From an uncultured Bacteroidales bacterium (GTDB lineage: Bacteria > Bacteroidota > Bacteroidia > Bacteroidales > GCA-2748055), in assembly GCA_963779845.1 (NCBI GenBank), contig CAVZZV010000005.1, forward strand, positions 879,427-943,426: a DNA stretch of 64,000 nucleotides, given 5' to 3'. Below the pieces are notes generated by a model that was given only the letters and a program-made list of their open reading frames with translations, was not told where the DNA came from and made no database searches. This document shows positions 17,938 through 26,762 of the stretch, in pieces (position 1 is the stretch's first letter; every line of letters begins with the position of its first letter). Made by a program: the position numbers and the translations under genes.

Positions 17938-19545
17938 TCATAACACACTTTCAAGATTTTCCTTGAACCTCATCATAATTTTGGCCGGGTAAACCGTGCT
18001 GTTCAGCCACAGATCCACTGGATATTTTGTAAAATATGTCGGATAATCACCTTGGTTTTCCTGCTGGACCACAGTAAAAGTATTGGCAATGGATTTTGCT
18101 TTAGCCAGGAAAATTTCCTTTTTACTAGCAATATAAGCTTCCATATAGGTATCCAGCATGATTCCTGCTGCCCTTCCGACGGGCATCCAGTAAATATATT
18201 GTTCCTGGACCGACGGGGTGATCCAGTTTTCCGAACGTCCCCCTTTTTTATCATGAAAAGAAACAGGAACAGGCTTCTCCCAAATGATAAACTGGTCTTC
18301 CGAAAAACGGATCAATTCTTCAGCCAGCCGCTTGTTCTTTTTATTTCTGAAAAGGTAAACAGCCAGTTCGCAAGCCTGCTCCCGGCTGAGGTTTCGGTAT
18401 GGAGGACGGGGAACCACATCTTCGAATTGACCATGCCAATTCCAGGTTTTAACAGGATGATCCATGATCCAGTTAAAAGCCCGGGAAGTTGCTTTCTTCA
18501 GTCCTTTCACATCATAATCATTTCTTAACCTGTCGAAATAATTTATGATTGATGTTGGGATCACAATGTTTTCTGCCGTTGGCACACCGGTTTCATGATT
18601 GACAAACAGATACCAGCTCCCATTTTCAAGTTGCCTTTTCAGGTAAGTATCGGCAATCTGAACAGCAGCTTTAAGGTATCGTTCTTCTCCCTGATAATCG
18701 TACATGTCTAAAAACGCATTGCCGGCATCTACACCCATGATGCTGAAGTTATTGACCGGATTCAGATGCTGTTTTTTCGCATTTTCTGCATGTTCCCCAT
18801 AATAGGCGGGGACAAAAAATTCCCAAGGTGTTCCTTCCTTAAATCGAATGTCCAGCATGTAATCAGCAACAATGCGAGCAAGTTGAACCGAAGTCTCAGC
18901 TTCGCTTGTTCCCGGTTTAAGGCGTGCATAGGTGAGGGCACCTATCACCAGGGCGCTGTATATTTTTGCCGGATATCGATAATTGATATAGGTGGGATCG
19001 GGCACTTTGTGTGTAAACCAATAGGTCACATAATCTTTGTTCATCAACCGTTCCAACGCCAGCTCTGCACTTTGATCGTAAGGTAGAACTGCTTCATGGT
19101 AAATCCCGTTAAATGGAGCAGCCCGATAGAAGCTTTTCTCCCCGGTTGTTCCCAATGTATCACCGTTGCTGGAAATACTCACTACCTTCAGGCTATATTG
19201 TCCAACTGGCATCAATTCCCATACCGGGCTTAATGGTGCATACGGAACCCGATCTTCAAAATGGAATTTTTTTGAAGTGGCTTCAGAAACAATATCAAAA
19301 CTATATTTCACCGCTTGATCTATTTTCTTAAAATCGAAGGCAGGGGCATAAATAAACTGGCGGGCATACTCATTCCAGAAGGGCTTTTTTCCCGGTTTTC
19401 CGGGACGGATCGGAACAACGGATTCCTGCCACGCTGTTTTACCGAAACCGGTCAGAGATTCCGGTTGCGCAGCAACCGGATGAAATCCAAACCCTGCAAA
19501 GAATAATAAGATGTAAACGCTTGCTAAATGAACTGGTTTTTTCAT
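17938..19545 (-). CDS. Secreted protein of unknown function (N-terminal beta-rich part plus helical-repeat, alpha/alpha-toroid-like part)
   Basis: The ATG at 19543-19545 gives MKKPVHLASVYILLFFAGFGFHPVAAQ (signal peptide). I recognise no catalytic motif. The repeated helix-pair pattern (ARIVADYMLD, GNAFLDMYDYQGEERYLKAAVQIADTYLKRQLENGSWY, ACELAVYLFRNKKNKRLAEELI) is typical of (alpha/alpha)6 carbohydrate-active folds. Confidence 0.6.
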   Translation of the reverse strand: MKKPVHLASVYILLFFAGFGFHPVAAQPESLTGFGKTAWQESVVPIRPGKPGKKPFWNEYARQFIYAPAFDFKKIDQAVKYSFDIVSEATSKKFHFEDRVPYAPLSPVWELMPVGQYSLKVVSISSNGDTLGTTGEKSFYRAAPFNGIYHEAVLPYDQSAELALERLMNKDYVTYWFTHKVPDPTYINYRYPAKIYSALVIGALTYARLKPGTSEAETSVQLARIVADYMLDIRFKEGTPWEFFVPAYYGEHAENAKKQHLNPVNNFSIMGVDAGNAFLDMYDYQGEERYLKAAVQIADTYLKRQLENGSWYLFVNHETGVPTAENIVIPTSIINYFDRLRNDYDVKGLKKATSRAFNWIMDHPVKTWNWHGQFEDVVPRPPYRNLSREQACELAVYLFRNKKNKRLAEELIRFSEDQFIIWEKPVPVSFHDKKGGRSENWITPSVQEQYIYWMPVGRAAGIMLDTYMEAYIASKKEIFLAKAKSIANTFTVVQQENQGDYPTYFTKYPVDLWLNSTVYPAKIMMRFKENLESVL

Positions 19546-19588
19546 TCCTGTTTTTTTATTATTAATTCTAACAAATTTAACCATTCCC

Positions 19589-21145
19589 TTACTTTTTTAT
19601 CTTCACTTTTAACATCGTAAATGAATGCGGAGGAAAATTATAATTGAACTTGTTTCCATCCAGTTTGAATGCAGGTTTTTCTTTAGTGAAAACTTGCTTT
19701 TCCCCAAAATTATTTTCTGATTTTATATCAGGCCCATTTACTTCGAATCTCTGAATTTTACCGGTAAATGGACCGTTCTGCGAAATAATATCAGTCGATA
19801 TAGCTTCATCTTTGTTTCGGTTTACTACGCATATAATTACTTCATCATTAAGATAGGTAGCTGATACATCCAGATAAGGTACATCTTTTTGTTGTGTTGT
19901 AATATCGGCCCTTCCAATCGCGAACTTGTCGGTGCTGTATTTCTCACATTTTACAAATACATCCAGGGATAATCCATAAACATTATTCGCAAATAATTCT
20001 AAAGGATAATAAATAGTTTGTTTGAATAATTCTTTATCATTCGTAAAAATTGGTGCTATTACATTTACTAATTGCGCCATATTTGCCATTTTCACAACAT
20101 CAGCATTCCTGATAAAAGAGTTTAGAAAACCGGCAACCACCAGCGCATCTTCCAGATTATAAATCTCTTCTAAACCTTTTACACGTCTGTAACAAACATT
20201 ATATTCATCCCAGGCAATATAAACAGGAGGTCTGTTTGGCCTATTAGCGGTTTGCATGGCTCTTTCAATCATCCCCTTTACAATTCGTGTACGTTGCTCC
20301 ATTACCAAAGGAGTTGAAATATAATTGTAATAATTATTGTCCGGATTCCCGACATATATGTGTAGTGCGATGTAATCGGTTACATCCTTAAGTTCTTCCA
20401 GTATGGTTTGATTCCAATTATCGGGATTGGCACCTGGCCAGTAATTTGATGATCCGGCAGCAATGAGTTTTATTTCAGGAGAAGTTCGCAGCATTAGCTT
20501 TGCCGCTTCGCGAGCTTTTTTCGAATAATCCATCGCATTCATATGCCCCATCTGCCAGGTTCCATCCATTTCATTTCCCAATCCCCAGTATTTAACTTTG
20601 TGCGGTTCCGGATAACCATGTTTTTTGCGCAGTTCAGCATAATAAGGGCCCTCTTTCACATTGCAATATTCCACCCAGCGTCTTGCTTCTTCAATTGTAC
20701 CTGTGCCAAGGTTTACGGCAATGTACGGTTCAGTAGGAACCATTTTAGCAAACTCTATAAATTCATTAGTACCAAAAGTATTAGGTTCCAGAGTATTCCA
20801 GGCCAATTCCATGCGGGGTATTCTTTCAGATTTAGGACCAACGCCATCCAGCCAGTTGTAATTGGAAACAAAATTGCCCCCTGGATATCTAACAATTGTG
20901 GGTTTAATTCCTTTTACTGCTTCCAATACATCTTGTCGAATTCCATTTTCGTCGGATAAGGGATTCCCAGGATCGTAAATTCCTCCATAGACGCAGCGAC
21001 CCAGATGTTCAATAAAATTTCCATAGATATTTTTATCCACCTCACCAATTGTCCGGTCGATATCAATTTTTATTTCTGCATTTTGAGCACTGACTTTTGC
21101 TAAAATTCCTGAAAGGCAAAATATTAAAAAAAATAGTTTCTTCAT
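19589..21145 (-). CDS. GH51-family alpha-L-arabinofuranosidase-like hydrolase
   Basis: 518 aa with a signal peptide. Motifs GNFIEHLGRCVYGGIYDPG, RYPGGNFVSNYNWLDGVGP and WGLGNEMDG (acid/base GNE). Confidence 0.88.
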   Translation of the reverse strand: MKKLFFLIFCLSGILAKVSAQNAEIKIDIDRTIGEVDKNIYGNFIEHLGRCVYGGIYDPGNPLSDENGIRQDVLEAVKGIKPTIVRYPGGNFVSNYNWLDGVGPKSERIPRMELAWNTLEPNTFGTNEFIEFAKMVPTEPYIAVNLGTGTIEEARRWVEYCNVKEGPYYAELRKKHGYPEPHKVKYWGLGNEMDGTWQMGHMNAMDYSKKAREAAKLMLRTSPEIKLIAAGSSNYWPGANPDNWNQTILEELKDVTDYIALHIYVGNPDNNYYNYISTPLVMEQRTRIVKGMIERAMQTANRPNRPPVYIAWDEYNVCYRRVKGLEEIYNLEDALVVAGFLNSFIRNADVVKMANMAQLVNVIAPIFTNDKELFKQTIYYPLELFANNVYGLSLDVFVKCEKYSTDKFAIGRADITTQQKDVPYLDVSATYLNDEVIICVVNRNKDEAISTDIISQNGPFTGKIQRFEVNGPDIKSENNFGEKQVFTKEKPAFKLDGNKFNYNFPPHSFTMLKVKIKK

Positions 21146-21217
21146 GATTTAAATATAAAATTTATACGCTTCCGACATTTTTGTACTATCAAAAATTCAA
21201 ATAGGTTTTTAGGGTAA

Positions 21218-22621
21218 TTACTGGCCCGGCATAGTCCAATTTTTTGGTGGTGTCCATCCTTCCGGTTGAGTTTCTATCTCAAAGTCGGGTGTCATTTTTG
21301 TAAATTCGTTCAATTGAGAATTCAAATTTTCGACAACTTCAGGATATTGTTTTGACACATCATTCTTTTCCCGGATATCCTCTTCAATGAGAAAAAGCTC
21401 TCCTTTATTCATTTTCCATTTTTTGGAAACTATGCCACTATTTCCAAGGAAAATAACGCGATCGGGCAACTCATTTCCCAGAAAAGCCGGAAATACATTG
21501 ATGCCATCAGTTTCTGTAATATTTTTACCTGTAGTGATTTTTTCAAGGGTTGGGAATACATCAATATAAGCAATAAGCTCATTTGTTGAGCTTCCTTCGT
21601 TAATAACTTCAGGCCACTTCACACAAGAAACAACATGTACCCCACCTTCCCATTCCGTATGTTTTTGTCCCCTTAAGGGATAATTATCTCCTCCAAATTT
21701 AGGCATTCCCCCATTATCGCTCAAAAACCAAACAAGAGTATTTTTCTCAACTCCTTTTTCTTTTATTGTCTGCAAAATATTACCGACAGATCTGTCCATT
21801 GCAGAAGCCATAGCAGAAAAAGTCTGTCTTGAAGTATTTCCCCTTCCCTGCATACCATAAACATCAAGGTCAATTTCTCCGGGTTGACTACCCCCAACCG
21901 GATAATCTTCGATCCCGGCATTCGGATCGTACCCATACATTTTCAAATCTTCCTCCTTTGCCTGCATCGGAGAATGAGTGGCATTGAAAGCAACATAGGC
22001 AAAAAATGGCGAATTATTATCAGCATTCTTAATAAATTTCACCACTTCCTTTTCAATAAGATCAGTTGAATAACCTTCCTCCATGCAGGGTTTATTGTCC
22101 CGATGCCAATCTAACTCGCCATCGCGTATATGGGTAAAATAATCTATCGCACCGTTATAATGGCCATAAAAAGAAGTAAATCCCTGATTATTAGGATGAT
22201 ATATATAGTTGGAATGTCCAAGATGCCATTTACCAAAAGCTGCCCGTTCTTTGTAACCTGCTCTTTCAAGCATTTCCGGAATAAATACTTCATCCGGTGG
22301 TATACCTCCGATCAGGGTGGGCATGAATACATAATCACGCAGATTGAAACGGTCGGGGTATTTTCCAGTTATTAAACCTGCTCTTGTTGGGCTGCAAATC
22401 GGGGCTGAATAAAATCTGTTCAATGTAATTCCCTCAGAAGCAAGTTTGTCGATATTGGGCGTTTTAATTTCACTTCCGTGAAACCCAACGTCATTCCAGC
22501 CCAGATCGTCAGCAACAATGATGACAATATTTGGGCGTTCAGAATTTTTATTAGAATTTCCTGTGCATCCTGCCAAAAAAAAGCCGGCCAGCAAACAAGG
22601 AATATTTTTCAATTTAATCAT
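21218..22621 (-). CDS. S1-family sulfatase, arylsulfatase-B-like
   Basis: The ATG at 22619-22621 gives MIKLKNIPCLLAGFFLAGCTG (lipoprotein signal). Motifs VADDLGWNDVGFHG and ICSPTRAGLITGKYP. Confidence 0.9.
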   Translation of the reverse strand: MIKLKNIPCLLAGFFLAGCTGNSNKNSERPNIVIIVADDLGWNDVGFHGSEIKTPNIDKLASEGITLNRFYSAPICSPTRAGLITGKYPDRFNLRDYVFMPTLIGGIPPDEVFIPEMLERAGYKERAAFGKWHLGHSNYIYHPNNQGFTSFYGHYNGAIDYFTHIRDGELDWHRDNKPCMEEGYSTDLIEKEVVKFIKNADNNSPFFAYVAFNATHSPMQAKEEDLKMYGYDPNAGIEDYPVGGSQPGEIDLDVYGMQGRGNTSRQTFSAMASAMDRSVGNILQTIKEKGVEKNTLVWFLSDNGGMPKFGGDNYPLRGQKHTEWEGGVHVVSCVKWPEVINEGSSTNELIAYIDVFPTLEKITTGKNITETDGINVFPAFLGNELPDRVIFLGNSGIVSKKWKMNKGELFLIEEDIREKNDVSKQYPEVVENLNSQLNEFTKMTPDFEIETQPEGWTPPKNWTMPGQ

Positions 22622-22835
22622 GATTTTTATATTATTATGAAGAGAATCTATGCTGACTTTTAATTCCATTTCACATATACTTTCCTTTAATTTTTTAAGT
22701 GAAAATTACCCCCCTTGTCATTGTCAGTTAAAATTACCGGATAAAGTTCTTTTTGGTTCATCCCTTCTATTGGTTTCTTAATATTTATTAAGGTATTAAT
22801 GTTTTATGATACCATTCGGCATACCATCATTTTTT

Positions 22836-24473
22836 TTATTTATTCTTCCTTTTTTGGGAATAGAGTGTTTGTATTGAATCCCAGGGCAAAACATGCATTT
22901 CCTCTGCCCATTCATTGTACATACCTATCATTTCTTTTCGTTTTTCAGGCATTTTCTTAGCGAGATCATGCATTTCAGTACGATCTTGTACCATATCATA
23001 TAACTCCCAATTAGCTTGATTGTCCTCCTGCCATGTCATTACCAATTTATATTTTCCATCTCTTACGGCCTTGTTTCCTTCATGTTCCCAGAATATGGGT
23101 TCTGTATGTACCGGTTTTCTTTCTCCTTTGATAACAGGCAGAAGGCTTTTTCCAACCAAGGGTTTTATTTTATTGCCTTTGTACTCCTGAGGATAGTTTG
23201 CATTTGCCAAATCAACGCAGGTAGCCATTATATCCGGTAAAAATCCGTATTCCTGCACACGCATACCATTGTCCTCTTCCGGTATTCCATCAGGCCAGTG
23301 AACAATAAAAGGAGTTGCAATTCCTCCCTCATGATCCCAGTGCTTATATTCCCTGTAAGGTGTATTGGATGCATTGGCCCAGGCCCGGCCATAAGAGAGA
23401 ATATACCCTTCTTTGGTTCCAAGTTGTTCAGCAGGACCGTTCCCCAGCTCGCTGAATTCAGCGCAGGCTCCATTGTCATTTAAGAACATAATGATGGTAT
23501 TATCTATAATTCCTTTTTCCTCAAGGTAATTCACCAGTTTCCCAATATTCTGATCCATTCTGTCAACCTGGGCAGAATATATGGCTTTACGCAGGTCCAT
23601 TTCGATCTTCTTTTCTTCATCAAGTGAGTTCCAATCTCTCGAATCCTGTGGTGTCAATTCCCAATTCTCATCTATCAAACCCATTTTAATCATATTCTTA
23701 TATCTCTTGAGGCGGAGTTCCTGCCATCCATCCATATAATTCCCTCTATATTTTTCTATATCCTCCTTTGGTGCGTTCAATGGCCAGTGAGGAGCATTAT
23801 ATGCAAGGTACAGGAAGAAGGGTTTTTTGCCTTCCTGCTGAGATTCATCAATAAATTTTATAGCATTTTCAGTAAATGCATCAGTAGTATAATAGTTTTC
23901 ATCTTTGATTGTGATTGTATCATTACCAACAGTAATTCCACGAGGGTATTCCGGCTTAAAATAGTTACAGGCACCTGGAATAATACCATAAAATTTGTCA
24001 AAACCACGCTGTAATGGCCATTTATCCTGAGTAGAAATGCCAAGGTGCCATTTACCGGTCATTAGGGTTGTGTAACCGGCTTCTTTCATAACTTCGGCAA
24101 TTGTTACACAATTTTTATTAATGAATCCTCTGTACTGGGGTATTCCAAGATCATGTTGAGTAAAATCTGCCGGAGTATTGGTCATATGTCCTATACCAGT
24201 CTGGTGAGGATAAATCCCTGTCATCAGGGATGCTCTTGTAGGGCAACATCTGGCCCCATTATAAAATTGCATAAACTGAAGTCCGTTCTTAGCGAGTTTA
24301 TCAAGATTGGGTGTATTGATTTCTCCTCCGTAGCATCCGATATCAGAATATCCCATATCATCCGACAGTATAAGAATAATATTGGGAGTTTCCGGTTCTT
24401 TTGATTCATTGCATCCCATGGTGAGAAAAAGGCATAAAACTGATGTAACAGAAGATGTTAATATACTTTTCAT
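22836..24473 (-). CDS. S1-family sulfatase, arylsulfatase-A/AtsA-like
   Basis: 545 aa with a signal ending in ...LTMGCNES. Motifs ILSDDMGYSDIGCYG and RCCPTRASLMTGIYPHQTG. Confidence 0.92.
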   Translation of the reverse strand: MKSILTSSVTSVLCLFLTMGCNESKEPETPNIILILSDDMGYSDIGCYGGEINTPNLDKLAKNGLQFMQFYNGARCCPTRASLMTGIYPHQTGIGHMTNTPADFTQHDLGIPQYRGFINKNCVTIAEVMKEAGYTTLMTGKWHLGISTQDKWPLQRGFDKFYGIIPGACNYFKPEYPRGITVGNDTITIKDENYYTTDAFTENAIKFIDESQQEGKKPFFLYLAYNAPHWPLNAPKEDIEKYRGNYMDGWQELRLKRYKNMIKMGLIDENWELTPQDSRDWNSLDEEKKIEMDLRKAIYSAQVDRMDQNIGKLVNYLEEKGIIDNTIIMFLNDNGACAEFSELGNGPAEQLGTKEGYILSYGRAWANASNTPYREYKHWDHEGGIATPFIVHWPDGIPEEDNGMRVQEYGFLPDIMATCVDLANANYPQEYKGNKIKPLVGKSLLPVIKGERKPVHTEPIFWEHEGNKAVRDGKYKLVMTWQEDNQANWELYDMVQDRTEMHDLAKKMPEKRKEMIGMYNEWAEEMHVLPWDSIQTLYSQKRKNK

Positions 24474-24555
24474 TGTAATGTAAATTTTGATGAGGTTAGT
24501 CTTTATTTTAATTGGTTTTAAAAAAAATTATATAAATAAACAGGATGTAAATTAT

Positions 24556-24643
24556 ACAGGCTCTGTCCTTCCATCGGGTAGTCCAACCCTGCATCAACAA
24601 TGCCTGCAGCTTCCATACAGGTTGGTACAATTTCAATAAGCTC
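24556..24643 (-). pseudogene. ~90-nt internal relic of an AtsA-like sulfatase gene
   Basis: My translation ELIEIVPTCMEAAGIVDAGLDYPMEGQSL matches ELIDLVPTCMEAAGMVDAGLDYPLEGQSL of the 14521-16185 product. The DNA also aligns with 14860-14950. Nothing else of that gene remains. Confidence 0.75.
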
Positions 24644-26113
24644 TCACTGTTGCAAATTATCATTCCTTATTGGAACCGGCATCGTATGACGCCAGGCAAT
24701 AAGTCTGGAAGACATGTCTTTTACCAGCTCAGGTTCCTGCTCCACAAGGTTTTTAGTTTCTTCAGGATCGATATCAAGATTGAATAGTTGTGCATCAGTA
24801 GAATCAGCATTTATCAAAAGTTTCCATTTTCCTTCCCTCATGGCCAGGTTGGGTGAGATGAAATCGGTGTTGCCAGGTTGTAGGATATTATCACCAGGAT
24901 AACTGTTATACTCCCACATAATAGGATCCTTCACATCCATTGGGGATCCCAGCAAAGCCTGACTTTTGTCCATACCGTCAAGACCCTGTGGCCATTCCAC
25001 TCCAATAATCGAACAGATAGAAGGAAAAAGATCTGTAGCTGCAATGATGGTCTTATCATCCGTTGCACCTTCAGGTATATGGCCTTTCCAGCTTACAATA
25101 AATGGCATTCTAATACCTCCTTCATAAAGGCTCCATTTTCTTCCCTTAAAATTTCCTGCAAATCCCGGAGGATAAAGATTCCCTTCATATCCCTTCGGGT
25201 ATCTATTGGTTTTGTAATAATAGGGCCAGTCTGTAGGACCGTTATCACTGGTAAATATGATGATTGTGCTCTCCAATAATCCCACATCTTCTAAACCTTT
25301 AACAAAACGTCCAATTTGCTTGTCTGTTTCTTCCAATACTGCAAGGAATTTTTGTTGAAAGGGATTGTCGGTTAATGATGAATACTTTTCCTGCATTTCA
25401 GGAGCTGGATTATGAGGGTCGTGCACATCTTTGGGGAATAGATTCACATAAAAGGGCTGATCCTTATGCCGACCAATAAAAGCCAGTGCGCTATCTACAA
25501 ATACCCTTGTTGATTCATACTTTTCACAAAAAACTATTTTTGCCGTAGCTGAATCTGCACCACCTGTTTCGACCTTTGATCCTTCCGGTAAAAGACGGTC
25601 TCCCCAACCAACATGGCTCACAAATGATCTATCGAAGCCATATTCACTTGGAAGCGGTGCATAGGAAAGATCACGACCTCCACCCATATGCCATTTTCCA
25701 AAATGAGCAGTTGCATAACCATTCTGTTGTAATGTTCTGGCAATAGTTGGTGCCGCAGGGTCAAGAAAATCGGCCATACCACGAGCTTTGTTATTATATG
25801 ACCAATTGATATAGGAATGTATTTTGTACCTCATCGGATATTTGCCTGTGTTAATGCCAACTCTTGAAGGCGAGCATATTGGCGAATTCACATAGAAATT
25901 TGTGAATTTAATGCCTTCACTAGCCAATGCATCCATGTTTGGGGTTTTCATAAAAGGATTCCCGAAACATGAAGGATCGGCATAGCCCATATCATCAATG
26001 AAGATGATTACTATGTTAGGTTTCTTGCTTGATCTTTCCCCAGATAGTCCGGTGCAGGATTGTATTATTACAGCCAAATACAATAGCAGCTTGAATCTGA
26101 TAATATTTTTCAT
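24644..26113 (-). CDS. S1-family sulfatase
   Basis: 489 aa with a signal peptide. Motifs FIDDMGYADPSCFG and ICSPSRVGINTGKYP. Paralog of 42551-43954. Confidence 0.92.
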   Translation of the reverse strand: MKNIIRFKLLLYLAVIIQSCTGLSGERSSKKPNIVIIFIDDMGYADPSCFGNPFMKTPNMDALASEGIKFTNFYVNSPICSPSRVGINTGKYPMRYKIHSYINWSYNNKARGMADFLDPAAPTIARTLQQNGYATAHFGKWHMGGGRDLSYAPLPSEYGFDRSFVSHVGWGDRLLPEGSKVETGGADSATAKIVFCEKYESTRVFVDSALAFIGRHKDQPFYVNLFPKDVHDPHNPAPEMQEKYSSLTDNPFQQKFLAVLEETDKQIGRFVKGLEDVGLLESTIIIFTSDNGPTDWPYYYKTNRYPKGYEGNLYPPGFAGNFKGRKWSLYEGGIRMPFIVSWKGHIPEGATDDKTIIAATDLFPSICSIIGVEWPQGLDGMDKSQALLGSPMDVKDPIMWEYNSYPGDNILQPGNTDFISPNLAMREGKWKLLINADSTDAQLFNLDIDPEETKNLVEQEPELVKDMSSRLIAWRHTMPVPIRNDNLQQ

Positions 26114-26496
26114 AATACTGGTACTGGAGGAATAATCCCGGTAACAACCTCGGCAATGCCTTTCTCTTGTTTTACTCCATCAATATAAAGAGGAGAAGTG
26201 TACTTCAGTGAATGAAAGGGTCGCATATCGTATCCCTGGGCGTATTCTTTCATCAGCAGCCATTCGCCCTTTATCCCTTCCAGCTTTCCACCATCCTTAT
26301 GGTCAACTAAAATATTTGCATTTTTTACAAAGCAATTATTCAGATATACTCCTGCATTTGATTCAACGAATGTACCGGGTTGACCAGTGAACTGGACCTC
26401 ACAATCCACAATATTCATAGGACCATTCCATGCTGCTAAACCATCATTATGGAGTCCGTTTAAAAGATCAACGGATGATTTCCGGCTTGTCCACAT
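26110..26496 (-). CDS. 128-aa ORF without signal peptide, possibly a truncated beta-helix protein
   Basis: ATG at 26494-26496. Its stop overlaps the sulfatase start (ATGA). Short repetitive strands (NIVDCEVQFTG, AGVYLNNCFVKNANILVD) resemble the end of a right-handed beta-helix. An in-frame stop lies only ~20 codons upstream. Confidence 0.35.
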   Translation of the reverse strand: MWTSRKSSVDLLNGLHNDGLAAWNGPMNIVDCEVQFTGQPGTFVESNAGVYLNNCFVKNANILVDHKDGGKLEGIKGEWLLMKEYAQGYDMRPFHSLKYTSPLYIDGVKQEKGIAEVVTGIIPPVPVL

Positions 26497-26587
26497 TTTT
26501 GCAGTATTAAAAGTATTATTCCATGAATCAAGGCAAATACATCTTCGCTCAGCTTACAGATTTTCAAAGAACTCAATACTAATCAAT

Positions 26588-26617
26588 GAAAAAATCAGTG
26601 GGTTTTAAGTGCCCACT
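26588..26617 (-). terminator. Rho-independent-type terminator downstream of susD
   Basis: On the minus strand the sequence reads AGTGGG-cacttaaaa-CCCACT followed by GATTTTTTC. Confidence 0.45.
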
Positions 26618-26671
26618 ATTAACTATTTTTTTCATCAAATTCAATGAAAATAAATAAACAAATAGGCTTAA

Positions 26672-26742
26672 CCAGTAATTCGCAATTCGTATTTAACCAC
26701 TATGCAATACACATAAGAATGAAATACGAATTACGAAACTGG
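26672..26742 (-). other. Long imperfect hairpin 20 nt downstream of the susD stop
   Basis: AATTCGTATTT pairs with AAATACGAATT (11 bp), with an outer CCAGT/ACTGG helix and a 27-nt loop. Read directly. Confidence 0.35.
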
Positions 26743-26762
26743 AAAAATTCCTTAAATAATCT

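Noticed and set aside
24641-24646. Possible stop-codon read-through or selenocysteine at the TGA that is followed in frame by a sulfatase fragment.
   Set aside because: The upstream sulfatase is already full length relative to its paralog 42551-43954. The downstream piece is an internal fragment of a different sulfatase class, and no SECIS-like hairpin is evident. It is interpreted as a deletion scar.
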